DNA of 27,973 nt, filler included, from an uncultured virus (IMG/VR IMGVR_UViG_2049941000_000863) (8 parts of one record of this genome joined end to end with filler, not necessarily neighbours in it), one strand, 5' to 3'; numbered from the whole stretch's first letter, positions 8,298 to 19,123 are shown. Made by a program: numbers and translations. Notes: generated by a model from the letters alone, not told the origin.

Positions 8298-9070
8298 GTG
8301 TTCGGCTTCTCCGCTGAACCGATGAAGATATGACCTTCCAGAACCTGCTTGTTGTTTTGGTCTCTTATGGCGTATTCGTGTCCGGCGCTGTCGGTCGCCA
8401 CAAGACGCAGTTCCGTACCGTCCGGAAGTCCCAAATCCCATGCCGGATAGTCCTCGATGCTCCTTTTGAGCATGGCCAGGATAGTCTCGGATGCCGACGA
8501 TACATGCGCGGCTATGGCAAAAGCGTGGAATTCGTTCCACTTGAACAGTAGCCAGCATTGATAGAAGAAGCAGAAAGTTGAACCGCCCCACTGACGCGCT
8601 TTCAGTATGATGATGGATATGGGTACTCCAACCGCCCTCATCCGTTCGCATATCGCCAGTACCTCCAACTGGGGAAGGTTTAGGACAAAGCGGACCCGTT
8701 TCTTCGCGGTCTTGTGCTTGATCCAGATGCAGAAGTATGCCCAGTGCACAAAGTCGTGCTTGTGACGGATTCTCCGAATCCTCCTTTCAATTTCCTGCGC
8801 GTCCGGTGCACCGTACTTCCATTTCTTCGTCTCGATGTACTTTTCGATGCTGCCGGCCCGCTTTACCTCCCTGATGAGTTTGTTCTTCATCATGGATTCC
8901 GGAACCCACTGGACAGGAATTGCATAGTCCGGTAGTTCAAACCTTACCCGCTTAAGCCCTGTGAGTTCGGCGATGCCTTCCCCGGTTACGGGGTCGTACT
9001 CCGCCCGCAACCGCTTCCATCGCTTTTCGTTCTCCGCGATGAACTCGTTATAGATAGCGTCTGAAATCAC
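8298..9070 (-). CDS. terL: Terminase large subunit, N-terminal ATPase fragment
   Basis: LNLPQ motif and IIILKARQWGGST Walker A. Confidence 0.92.
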
Positions 9071-9545
9071 TTGTCAGGTCTTTGTGGAATCGTTTGACGG
9101 ATGCGCCGGCCATTCCAAGGATAAAAGCCGCTATATGGGTCGTGGCGCTGAAACGCGGCGCGAAGATGAGCGCGATGGNNNNNNNNNNGACAACAAGGAA
9201 GGTTATCACTTCCGGCCTTTTCCACCATCCGCTTTTGAGTGACGGAGTTCGTAGTCCGAGGACTGCGTAAAGGACATTTGAGAATCCTATGACCGGACGG
9301 AACGAAAGTGGATAGACAAGGACGGCTATTATGTACCCAGACAATAGATGCGGCATGTTACCTCTGCGCGAAGGTGCAAAGATGCTGATAGCGGCAATCC
9401 CGTTCACGGCAAGATGCCACCAGTTCGCGTGAAAAAAGGAGTAAAGCAGTGCACGCTCCCAGTACGGCCCTCCCTGCATGAATCCAGGGATTCCGAACAC
9501 GACCTGCAATGCGACCAGCACGATTATGAGCACGACTCTCACCAT
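9048..9545 (-). CDS. Rhomboid-family intramembrane serine protease
   Basis: YSFFHANWWHLAVN loop motif, IGFSN (GxS catalytic Ser), TTHIAAF (catalytic His), multiple TM segments; overlaps both neighbours. Small internal gap at 9179-9188. Confidence 0.88.
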   Translation of the reverse strand: MVRVVLIIVLVALQVVFGIPGFMQGGPYWERALLYSFFHANWWHLAVNGIAAISIFAPSRRGNMPHLLSGYIIAVLVYPLSFRPVIGFSNVLYAVLGLRTPSLKSGWWKRPEVITFLVVXXXXIALIFAPRFSATTHIAAFILGMAGASVKRFHKDLTSDFRRYL

Positions 9546-9949
9546 CCCTTCTCCCTCCTTGTCCTCTCGATGCGCTCTTTAAGCAGCCGTCTTGCTCCGT
9601 CAGTCGATATGTAGAACTCAGGGGCCGGCTCGTCCACCAGTATCTCCATCACCCGTTCACGGGACAGGGTGTTGCCTGGGTGTGTCTCCAAGTAGTGCTG
9701 GTAGTTGAACCAGAGCCGCCACGCCATCTTCCGTTGTGAATCATTCAGGTTGATGAGCGAGATTCTGGCGGTTATCCTGCCGACAAGAAGTGAAGCCCTC
9801 TTTGCGGATATGAAAAAGCAAGGTGCAGGTGAACGGGAAACGCATCTCCCCGCGTCATAAAGCGAGGCGAAGCGTCCCTCCTGCAAGCCTTTCTTATAGA
9901 CGGAGTATAGGGCATCCGCCTTCTTCCGTTTAAGTTCCGTGTCTCGCAT
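9539..9949 (-). CDS. Basic protein with duplicated PAPxFxIS motif; candidate DNA-binding protein
   Basis: SPAPCFFISAKRA and EPAPEFYISTDGA; ATG at 9949 preferred because a promoter box lies at 9986-9993. Confidence 0.7.
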   Translation of the reverse strand: MRDTELKRKKADALYSVYKKGLQEGRFASLYDAGRCVSRSPAPCFFISAKRASLLVGRITARISLINLNDSQRKMAWRLWFNYQHYLETHPGNTLSRERVMEILVDEPAPEFYISTDGARRLLKERIERTRREKGW

Positions 9950-9985
9950 CGGCAGAAACGCATCAGAAGGCGTAGTCCCTACTGA

Positions 9986-9993
9986 CAAATATA
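9986..9993 (-). promoter_or_regulatory. -7 box for the leftward PAP-rhomboid-terminase operon
   Basis: TATATTTG on the minus strand, exact TAnnTTTG match. Confidence 0.6.
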
Positions 9994-10022
9994 ATCAAAA
10001 AACATGATTCTGCATTGTAGAG

Positions 10023-10067
10023 TTGGGAAAGATAGACCGAAAACCACATACTGACGCGGTAATTTTG
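10023..10067 (+). promoter_or_regulatory. Candidate late promoter, copy 3 (head operon)
   Basis: TTGGGAAAGATAGACC (10023-10038), 21 nt, TAATTTTG (10060-10067); ATG at 10100. Confidence 0.75.
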
Positions 10068-10099
10068 GGCAGATTATGGTACAGTAACCCGTTTACCTT

Positions 10100-10617
10100 A
10101 TGGCAAAATCCGAAAAGAACAAAAAACCNNNNNNNNNNGAACAACAATCGTCTCCGCGACCTTCTGATGAGCGACCCGTCCGCTGCGGAGTTCATCAGCC
10201 GCTGGATTGAGACAGGAGACCCTCGAACCGCGCTTGTGGAGACCTTTGGCGACGAACTCGGCATGAGCGAGGAAGGCCGCTCGCGGTTCAAGTCCCAACT
10301 CGAAGGCTGGAGAGAACGCAAGGCAGAGAACGACCGGCTTCAGTCAGAAGCGGAAGGTAACTGGCAGGCATCCCTCTCCGCTCTGGAAGAATGGGGCAAC
10401 GGAAAGAGCCTGTCCCTGGAGGACAAGCGCGATGTCATGCTCCGTCTCCTTTCCATCACATTCAACGGCATGGAGAACAAGTATGCCGCAGAGGACTTCG
10501 ACCTTGCCTACAACGCCATCCACCACGACAACGATGTCGCCGCGGCCCGTGCGGAAGGAGAGGTCGNNNNNNNNNNCCCGTGAGGACGACATCTGGGACG
10601 GCCTGTCCAGAGGATAA
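10100..10617 (+). CDS. Putative capsid scaffolding protein (two internal gaps)
   Basis: Starts MAKSEKNKK, charged helical body ending HDNDVAAARAEGEV, C-terminus REDDIWDGLSRG*; directly upstream of the capsid gene. Confidence 0.65.
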
Positions 10618-10645
10618 TAACGAAACACATTCATTCTTTATAGTT

Positions 10646-10961
10646 ATGAAAACTTTCAATTTCCTGAAAACCCACAAGATGAGCGTCCTGTCAGCGCTGC
10701 TTGTGATTGCCGCCGCTCTGCTGGGAGCAGACCTCGGCTTTGCTATGGCAGTCGATCCGGTGGATCTGGCCCCCGACGCCAATCCTTCGGATAATCTGGA
10801 AACCTACAATGCGAGCACCAACCCCGGTGGCCGTCCCGCGGATGAGACCATCCAGACCGACGAGCAGGGTGGAAAGACCCAACTCCAGGGCCATGCCGCT
10901 ACCGGAACTGATGTAACTGATGCCGGCCTGGAAGCGGAAGACTATGATGCCCGTGTGGACA
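10646..10961 (+). CDS. Major capsid protein, N-terminal fragment with hydrophobic leader
   Basis: MKTFNFLKTHKMSVLSALLVIAAALLGADLGFAMA followed by an acidic disordered stretch; on the same contig as the scaffold stop. Confidence 0.7.
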
Positions 10962-10971
10962 NNNNNNNNNN

Positions 10972-11571
10972 AGGTTTCCTGTCGAGTTTGGTATGAAGCG
11001 GATGTCCTCCAGAGCCTCCGCGCCTTTCTCTCCGTTTGCAACAAGGTCGCCCACGAATACTGGTTCACGGCATTTCATTAACTTTTCGTGAACCAGGAAC
11101 GGGTCGAACACATGGTTACCAGCGGTGAAGAAAGCCTGTTCCGGTGTTTCGGGAGCCTCGTTGCACATCTTGGCAAATGATAGACGCAAACGACGGTAAC
11201 GATACCAGTTGATATGCTCCAGCGTCGAACCGAGTTCCCAGAGCCACCAATAGTATTTGCCGGTATCCTTCCATTTACCGTTCGGGATGTCCTCGTCCCT
11301 GTGCGACACCAGCCAGTCCACGAACTCGCGCAGGTTGTCAATCTTCCTGTTGTCGAAGATGATGTCCCTGGACGGTACGAATACCTGTTCATAGCCACCC
11401 CTCCCACCGTCGCACGATCGCCATGTGTCTGCGAAATAGTCGTCCGAGGACTTGGCCGTAGATTCCATGACGCGCATGGAATCCTCGTCGTCCGTCATGC
11501 CGCCCTCGATGTCCGCGATAATGTCGTCCGCCTGTTTCTGCGGAGTGTTCGGCCATAGTCCGACCTCTGAA
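10972..11571 (-). CDS. terL: Terminase large subunit, middle fragment
   Basis: SEVGLW Walker B region, MESTA coupling motif, EAPETPEQAF. Confidence 0.88.
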
Positions 11572-11672
11572 NNNNNNNNNNNNNNNNNNNNNNNNNNNNN
11601 NNNNNNNNNNNNNNNTTAATTAATTAANNNNNNNNNNNNNNNNNNNNNNNNNNNNNNNNNNNNNNNNNNNNG

Positions 11673-11801
11673 ACGACACAGGAAGAAGCCGTCGCATACT
11701 TGAAGTCAAAGGGTGCCAAGGCAACGAATCTGCGCAGCGCCGAGGCCATCAAGAATTTCGCCGATAAGATTGGCGTGTCCTTCCCTAACCTGAACCTGTA
11801 A
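11673..11801 (+). CDS. C-terminus of the protein starting at 15593
   Basis: TTQEEAVAYLKSKGAKATNLRSAEAIKNFADKIGVSFPNLNL*; TAATG overlap with the next gene. Confidence 0.6.
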   Translation, partial: TTQEEAVAYLKSKGAKATNLRSAEAIKNFADKIGVSFPNLNL

Positions 11802-12484
11802 TGGTCACGCTCTCCCCATCTACCGCAATCGAACTCGTCCGGAAAAATCTGGACGAACTCGACCCGAACGGTTCGGTCATGTACGAAGACGAGAACGGTT
11901 CTGCAGATGAGTACGGCGACAACGCCTCACTGGACGACATCATCAGAAGAAACCTTCCGGAAGCCATCAATGCCGTACATCTGACCGCGCCAGTTGCGAT
12001 GTTGGAGGGGAAAGAGCATGATTTCACCGGACAGGACACGGTGACTATCTCGGAGGACGGGGTTCTTTCCGTCACCCTTCCCCCCGAATCCAAGATGCTC
12101 CGGCTTGTAGCCTTCCAAGCCTCCGATTCGCCCATCGTGGTGACGGATGTGATTGCGGAGGCTTCGCCGGAGGGACGGAAACAACTCAATCGCCATATCC
12201 GAGGAAGGGCAGACCGTCCGCGTCTCGTCATTTCCCAGGGACGGCAGACCGGCCCGGTACTGAAATACTACACCATCACGGACGCATCGCTCTATGGCGA
12301 TGCTACGAGCGCGGTAAGGCGGCTTTCCTATGTTGAGGAGCAATTCTTCGACGAAAACACCGAAGGCTACCCGATAAGTCGCCTGCTCCGCCAGAGAATC
12401 ATAGACCGGCTTACTGCTATGGTCATGGAGACCTACGGAGACCAGCGGGCAAACATTTTCCAAAACAAGGCAAACGCATATTAG
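11801..12484 (+). CDS. Putative head-tail adaptor / tail tubular protein
   Basis: 227 aa, LDDIIRRNLPEAINAVHLTAP...TLPPESKMLRLVAF...RGRADRP; position after the capsid genes. Confidence 0.6.
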   Translation: MVTLSPSTAIELVRKNLDELDPNGSVMYEDENGSADEYGDNASLDDIIRRNLPEAINAVHLTAPVAMLEGKEHDFTGQDTVTISEDGVLSVTLPPESKMLRLVAFQASDSPIVVTDVIAEASPEGRKQLNRHIRGRADRPRLVISQGRQTGPVLKYYTITDASLYGDATSAVRRLSYVEEQFFDENTEGYPISRLLRQRIIDRLTAMVMETYGDQRANIFQNKANAY

Positions 12485-12487
12485 CAC

Positions 12488-13252
12488 ATGGCTACGCAAC
12501 GATTCAGAAAAGGTAAAAACCTTGCCATCCAGTGGCTCCTGTACGAAAACAACGGGGACATCCACAACATCGAGGGCAAGGAACTGGAAGTGTACATGGT
12601 TAGCGGGGGAAACAAGTTCCCCGTGAAGGTGTACACCGTAACAGAGAACGCAATCGCCTGGACTTTCCTTGCCGGGATGCAGACCAAGACCGGCTACTAC
12701 AAACTTGTCCTTATGGAGCGCGATCCCGTGAACGGCCTCTATTCATTCGATGTGCATGAGGCGTTTGAACTCGTTTCTGAAGAAGACGCGGAAAACTACG
12801 ACAATGTGATTGCCGAAGACGCTTTCCTGCAGGTCAAGTCCGTACTCACCTTTGCGCACATCACGAACCTCGCGTCCATCGATGTGGTGGAATCCGGTGA
12901 CGGCGAACATTCCAGCGTCGTGGTCCGGCTGACCAACGGCAAGGCGTTCACCCTCCCGTTCTCCACGCAGGGCGGTGGCGGTGGTGGTGAGGGTGGCGGG
13001 AGCCTACCGTTCTCCGTCGTGGATTCGCTTTACTCCACCAGCAAGACCAACGCGCTTTCAGCGGACAAGGGCCGTGTCCTCCGCGAGATGATTGAGGCCA
13101 TCCCCTCTGGCGGTGGCGGAGAGGGTGGCGGCGGTGGCAGCGAATATGTCCTGCCTGCCGCGTCCGAGGACTTCCTCGGCGGCATCATCCTCGGTTTCCC
13201 GCAGTCCGGGGACAAGTTCCCCGTCGCGCTGGACTATGTTCACCGCGCCTAC
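12488..13252 (+). CDS. Tail / fibre-associated protein, N-terminal fragment
   Basis: Beta-rich N-terminal domain, poly-Gly linkers, NALSADKGRVL and YVLPAASEDFLGGI motifs typical of fibres. Confidence 0.6.
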
Positions 13253-13262
13253 NNNNNNNNNN

Positions 13263-13640
13263 CCTTCCCGCTGGAGACCTATGTCGCGCGTCGTTGCCGT
13301 CCGCAGAAGGTCAAGAGTTACGTCCACAAGCATTACCGCAGCGGCTCCACCGACCTCGTGGCCGTGTACACCGGCTCGTCCTTCACCATCACCGCAGGTG
13401 CCAACACCTCCGGCAAATTCACCGCGAGCACCAGTATCCTTACCCTTGATGTCTCTGACTTCGACAATGCCGAGGCCCTTATGGAATACTCCACCGTGGC
13501 CGTGCGTGGCGTTGAAGGCTTCAAGAAGGACGATTCCGGTAACGAGATTTCCGATGGCGAGATGATCCTGTATGTGCTCGACCATAAGGACGGGAGCGAT
13601 AAGGTCAAGTTCTATGTCGTGAACCCGCCTGTGGATTCCA
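13263..13640 (+). CDS. Major capsid protein, internal fragment
   Basis: FPLETYVARR...SYVHKHY...VAVRGVEG...LYV...FYVVN; strong codon bias; fits after ...DYDARVD at 10961. Confidence 0.6.
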
Positions 13641-13679
13641 NNNNNNNNNNNNNNNNNNNNNNNNNNNNNNNNNNNNNNN

Positions 13680-13908
13680 ATGAGTACGAAGAGGTCCCGA
13701 ACCGTCCACTTGAATACGAGGCGTGGGTCGCCAACGTGAAGAACTGCGTCCTTTCCGATGCGTTCACCGAGGTCTCCGGCATCAAGGTCAAGTCAGACAA
13801 GATTTGGGCGGGCGTTGGACAGGGGGACAACCTCAAGGCCAGCATCGAAATCCTTGCAGGTCTCGGAACGAGTGGTGGCAAGATTGTCCTCACCGCGGAT
13901 GCCCCCGG
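13680..13908 (+). CDS. Large tail protein fragment
   Basis: VSGIKVKSDKIWAGV...KASIEI...KIVLTAD pattern of long tail proteins. Confidence 0.5.
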
Positions 13909-13918
13909 NNNNNNNNNN

Positions 13919-14371
13919 TGATAATCTTCGGTTTCGTACTGGGGTTCGTGTGGAATCCCCATTTCCCGTTCGTCCCCTCCTTTACATTTTCCTCCTTGGT
14001 GCGGCGCATGTAGAGATTGCGGTACAGGCCAGATACGATGTCCATGATGTACTCGAACGAATCGATGCCGTTGTTGCGCTCCTTGTTCATGGACTCCATC
14101 GTGTTTGATTCAATGACGAGCAGCGCGTCATTGTACCACTTCGCGACACGCATCGCATCGTAGGCTTGCAGATCCGGGTCTGCCTTGTAGTTCATCTCCG
14201 CGACTACGCCCGGCTTTCCGTTCAATCCAAATTCCTCCATCATCAGAAGACGGTCTATGACCGTAATGCAGGCCGGGTCTGCCCCTTCGCTTGCGCCGCG
14301 GCGCGGGTCAAGAATGACGATATAGCGGTTCGACACTGGCGAGTCGTCTGGTTTCTCCCAGATACGAAGGT
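13919..14371 (-). CDS. terL: Terminase large subunit, nuclease-domain fragment
   Basis: LRIWEKP...YIVILDP...ADPACITVIDR...LLVIESN...WGFHTNPSTKP; a 4-bp ACCT overlap with the 10972 end gives the reading GNLRIW. Confidence 0.88.
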
Positions 14372-14471
14372 NNNNNNNNNNNNNNNNNNNNNNNNNNNNN
14401 NNNNNNNNNNNNNNNTTAATTAATTAANNNNNNNNNNNNNNNNNNNNNNNNNNNNNNNNNNNNNNNNNNNN

Positions 14472-15522
14472 GCTATCACCACCCTCATGTTCACGGACAA
14501 CGCCATGTCCGAGGATGCGACCGTGTTCTGCGGCAAGAAGGCCATGAAGCGTTTCATCCGTCTGGTGAACTCCGCGAACAAGTACAAGGATGTCGGCAAG
14601 GTCGAAGTGAACGACTACGGTATCCGTGTGCGCAACTACTCCGACAACTTCGGTACGCTGGAGTTCGTTTGGGATCGCACCCTTGACGACCTCGGTTATG
14701 ATGAATACATGGTCGTGCTCGACCTCAAGAACGCCACCCGTTACTACATGAAGAACGAGTACAAGACCACCCGTGACATGTCCAAGACCGGCGAGGCTCG
14801 CNNNNNNNNNNNNNNNNNNNNNNNNNNNNNNNNNNNNNNNNNNNNNNNNNNNNNNNNNNNNNNNNNNNNNNNNNNNNNNNNNNNNNNNNNNNNNNNNNNN
14901 NNNNNNNNNNNNNNNNNNNNNNNNNNNNNNNNNNNNNNNNNNNNNNNNNNNNNNNNNNNNNNNNNNNNNNNNNNNNNNNNNNNNNNNNNNNNNNNNNNNN
15001 NNNNNNNNNNNNNNNNNNNNNNNNNNNNNNNNNNNNNNNNNNNNNNNNNNNNNNNNNNNNNNNNNNNNNNNNNNNNNNNNNNNNNNNNNNNNNNNNNNNN
15101 NNNNNNNNNNNNNNNNNNNNNNNNNNNNNNNNNNNNNNNNNNNNNNNNNNNNNNNNNNNNNNNNNNNNNNNNNNNNNNNNNNNNNNNNNNNNNNNNNNNN
15201 NNNNNNNNNNNNNNNNNNNNNNNNNNNNNNNNNNNNNNNNNNNNGCGAAGGAGCACAACCTGTGCCGTATCGACTGCGTGGCCCTGAACGGCTACAACTC
15301 TATCCTTGTCTGCCCGTCCAGCCTTGCGCTCTCTGCGAAGAACACTGGCGGCATCCAGGCCGAGTTCCAGTCCGTGAGCGCCCTGCCGTCCGGCAGTGCC
15401 CCTAATCCCCCCTTNNNNNNNNNNACGACGACCAGAACGGCTTCTACAAGGGAGATGTCGTCGAATGGAGCGTCGATCTCGACGGCTGGGTTTACTACGA
15501 GGGTGTCATCCGCGCTGCTTAA
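14472..15522 (+). CDS. Major capsid protein, C-terminal part (three pieces across gaps)
   Basis: TVFCGK...YGIRVRNYSDNFGTLEFVWDRTLD...MVVLD, then AKEHNLCRIDCVALNGYNSILV and ...WVYYEGVIRAA* (TAA 15520-15522), followed by a strong terminator. Confidence 0.75.
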
Positions 15523-15537
15523 TCCACGACTATTCCT

Positions 15538-15571
15538 GACGGGGGAGGCGGCATAACCTCCCCCGTCTTTC
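15538..15571 (+). terminator. Rho-independent terminator after the capsid gene
   Basis: GACGGGGGAGG-cggcataa-CCTCCCCCGTC then TTTCT. Confidence 0.8.
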
Positions 15572-15592
15572 TAAAAACAACACGACTACAAC

Positions 15593-15893
15593 ATGGTAAA
15601 AGTTTACGGTGTACTGGGCAGGACGACAGCCCTTGTCCGCATCCCAACGAACTCGAACAAGGCATACTTGGAGATTGAGTTCAAGCGTGGCCGCATCGGT
15701 TATGGCCGGAACAACCAGGCTGCAACCTATTCTACGGCAGACAGGACGGAGCAGGAGATTATCGAAAATAGCCAGTATTTCGGTCGTCTCATCAAACTCC
15801 TTCGCGTCTATAACAACGAGGGCGCAGGCATTTCCCCTGCCGCGGCGACCGAGAAGGCCGCTGGCGCGGTCGTCCAGAAAACCTCCGTCCCCG
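15593..15893 (+). CDS. Conserved-type protein downstream of the capsid gene, N-terminal fragment
   Basis: IEFKRG...ATYST.D..EQEIIENSQYFG; probably continues at 11673. Confidence 0.65.
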
Positions 15894-15931
15894 NNNNNNN
15901 NNNNNNNNNNNNNNNNNNNNNNNNNNNNNNN

Positions 15932-16179
15932 ACCTCCGTATCAAGATGGGACAGGAGAACGGAGATTCCGCTCCGGTGCTGAAGTTCTTCTCCGCCGAGG
16001 ACGACGAGAACGCCATGTACGACCTCGGCCCGAACGGCATCACGCAACTCGGATACGATGTGACCGTCCCCGAATGGAGGGCCACGCGGTTGCGCTACAC
16101 CGCGAACAAACTGACAAGGAACAGCCAGTACAACCCCACCTCCTACCAGGCGGTCACCCTGTACCAGAGACCTATGTCG
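15932..16179 (+). CDS. Tail protein fragment
   Basis: LRIKMGQENGDSAPVLKFF...YDLGPNGI open frame between gaps. Confidence 0.5.
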
Positions 16180-17019
16180 NNNNNNNNNNNNNNNNNNNNN
16201 NNNNNNNNNNNNNNNNNNNNNNNNNNNNNNNNNNNNNNNNNNNNNNNNNNNNNNNNNNNNNNNNNNNNNNNNNNNNNNNNNNNNNNNNNNNNNNNNNNNN
16301 NNNNNNNNNNNNNNNNNNNNNNNNNNNNNNNNNNNNNNNNNNNNNNNNNNNNNNNNNNNNNNNNNNNNNNNNNNNNNNNNNNNNNNNNNNNNNNNNNNNN
16401 NNNNNNNNNNNNNNNNNNNNNNNNNNNNNNNNNNNNNNNNNNNNNNNNNNNNNNNNNNNNNNNNNNNNNNNNNNNNNNNNNNNNNNNNNNNNNNNNNNNN
16501 NNNNNNNNNNNNNNNNNNNNNNNNNNNNNNNNNNNNNNNNNNNNNNNNNNNNNNNNNNNNNNNNNNNNNNNNNNNNNNNNNNNNNNNNNNNNNNNNNNNN
16601 NNNNNNNNNNNNNNNNNNNNNNNNNNNNNNNNNNNNNNNNNNNNNNNNNNNNNNNNNNNNNNNNNNNNNNNNNNNNNNNNNNNNNNNNNNNNNNNNNNNN
16701 NNNNNNNNNNNNNNNNNNNNNNNNNNNNNNNNNNNNNNNNNNNNNNNNNNNNNNNNNNNNNNNNNNNNNNNNNNNNNNNNNNNNNNNNNNNNNNNNNNNN
16801 NNNNNNNNNNNNNNNNNNNNNNNNNNNNNNNNNNNNNNNNNNNNNNNNNNNNNNNNNNNNNNNNNNNNNNNNNNNNNNNNNNNNNNNNNNNNNNNNNNNN
16901 NNNNNNNNNNNNNNNNNNNNNNNNNNNNNNNNNNNNNNNNNNNNNNNNNNNNNNNNNNNNNNNNNNNNNNNNNTGGAACGACTACGACGCTCAGTAAGAC
17001 CTGAATAAACGCTGACCCC

Positions 17020-17966
17020 ATGCAAGACAAGATAGACTATATCAAAGACAGACGAGGACGGAATCGTTTCCCCATCACCCATGAAAGGGCGGTGCGTGAC
17101 TCCAACTGGGTTCGGCTCGAAGAAAAACTGAAAAACCTCAAACCCGGAGGCGGGGGAGACGGNNNNNNNNNNCGCGCTTTCGGTGAGGACCTCCTTGGAG
17201 AAGGCGGACACAGCCTTGCAGGATCAGGATGTATTGGATGTTGTCAGGTGTACCCCGCAGGTGCTTTCAGCCTCGCAGCAGGCACAGGCAAGGGCGAACA
17301 TCGGCTTGACGGATGCACTTGCGCTGGAATACGATCCCGTGACGGAATCCCTTATCTTCCCGGAGGCATCCTCCAGGCTGNNNNNNNNNNCGCGACGGAA
17401 TCAATAGTCTTCAGTTAGGAACAAAATAAAACATGACGATATGAGTGACGCTAAACAGGTCATTGTCGGTGGGGTTCCCATCTCGCTCAAGGACGAGGTG
17501 GCACGCAGTTCCATTGGCAACCTTTCCAACTTGAACACCACCGCGAAGAACAACCTCNNNNNNNNNNCTTGCCAGCGGGGTCGTACCCGATGTCTCCGGG
17601 AAGCAGGACGTCATCCAGGACCTGTCCACGATTCGAAGCGGTGCCGCGTCTGGTGCCACGGCCTACCAGAAACCAGGAACCGGCATCCCCGCGTCCGACC
17701 TCGCAAGTGGTGTCATTCCCACCGTGCCGACCATTTCCACGGACGTGTCTGCGGACGCGGCATCCGACGTCAAGACGTCCTCCCCGAAATCCGTGAAGAC
17801 CTATGTGGACGGGATCGCCTCGGCTATCAACGAGGATATTGAGGACATCAACGGCGACATCGCAGACCTGGGAATCTCCATCGAAACCATCGGCAACGGC
17901 GCGTTCGTCGTAGCCTGGGACGGGGAATCCACTCCCGTAGCCGCGAACATCCCGGCTGGCGTGAGG
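17020..17966 (+). CDS. Tail fibre gene fragments (at least two genes; starts at 17020 and 17441)
   Basis: QVLSASQQAQARANIG, IGNLSNLNTTAKNNL, KQDVIQDLSTIRSGA and AYQKPGTGIPASDLASGV fibre repeat motifs. Confidence 0.65.
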
Positions 17967-17976
17967 NNNNNNNNNN

Positions 17977-19123
17977 CCGACCAACTCGGCGACCTCCGCG
18001 ACCGGCTCAACCGCATCAACGGGACCGATGTGGAGCAGATAATCATCAACGAGAATGGCCTTTGGGGCGTTCTGACCAGTTGGCAGAGCGCGACCGGAGA
18101 CAAGAAGGCGTTTGCCGACATCATCGCCAACGCGCAGAACGCGCAGATTCTCCTGCAAACCGGCTCAACCTTCTTCGGGAATACGATGGTGGGCGGAAAC
18201 ATCACCCTTGACGGACTTCTCGGCCAACTCGCCGCGAGGCTGACGGAGCAGCAGGTCCGTGGACTTATCCAGAGCGCAACCATCTCGGTCGATTCGGCCG
18301 CACTCAACAGCGTTATCGCCGCGAGCCAGAGTTGGTGGAAGAAGACGATTAGCGGGGAGGAGGTGCTTTATCCCTACGACCTTTTCTGGGAAGACTTCCT
18401 TGAGGACGAGCCGGAAGGGACACTCTACGATTACAGTGTCTTCATGCAGAAGGCACCTGCCGACGGGGGTCCCGATGGTGACGCGAACCGCCCGGACGGG
18501 CCTTACGAAGAGGTTGTCATTGTAAGCAAGTTCTCCCAGATCAAGCAGGCGGTGGACGAAATCTCCGCGTCCGTGGACACGACGAAATACATGTGGCAGA
18601 ACGNNNNNNNNNNGGCGAGTTGCGGAGCATTGTGGGCGATATGGGGTACTACTGGGAGAAGAACTCCTTTAACGGGAAGCAGTATGCCCGGTACGCCGTT
18701 CCGTCAAACAAGACGAGGAACCAGTATGTGACGGAGATGCAGGGCCAGGGATGGACCCTTAAGGAGTATGCGTCCCAGATGAGCGTCATCGACCAGTTCC
18801 CCGGCCAGATTACCTCCCTTGTCCAGACCAACACCCTTTGCTGGATTGACGACAGCGCCGCCAATGGCCCGGTCATCCTCGACTACGATGCCTTCCGGGA
18901 AGAATATGCAGAGGTATTTACGACGCGCACCTACGAGGAGTATGTACGATGGAAATACCCGAACTACGAACTCACGGTTGTCACGGATTCTTTCTCCCGT
19001 ATCAAGCAGACCGCAGACGCGATCAGCGCGGCCGTGGAGGATATTGAGGGCCAGGAGACGAGGCTCGGCGCGCTTGAAATCAAGGCTGACGAGATTGACC
19101 TTTCCGTGAGCAAGGCCGGCAAG
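17977..19123 (+). CDS. Large tail protein fragments
   Basis: Repeated FSQIKQAVDEISASV / FSRIKQTADAISAAV / IKADEIDLSV units; frame changes at gap 18604-18613. Confidence 0.65.

Noticed and set aside
12971..13140. GGC/GGT-rich repeated tracts
   Set aside because: Encode poly-Gly linkers.
12488..13921. Single 477-aa structural protein
   Set aside because: Tail, capsid and second tail fragments fused across gaps.
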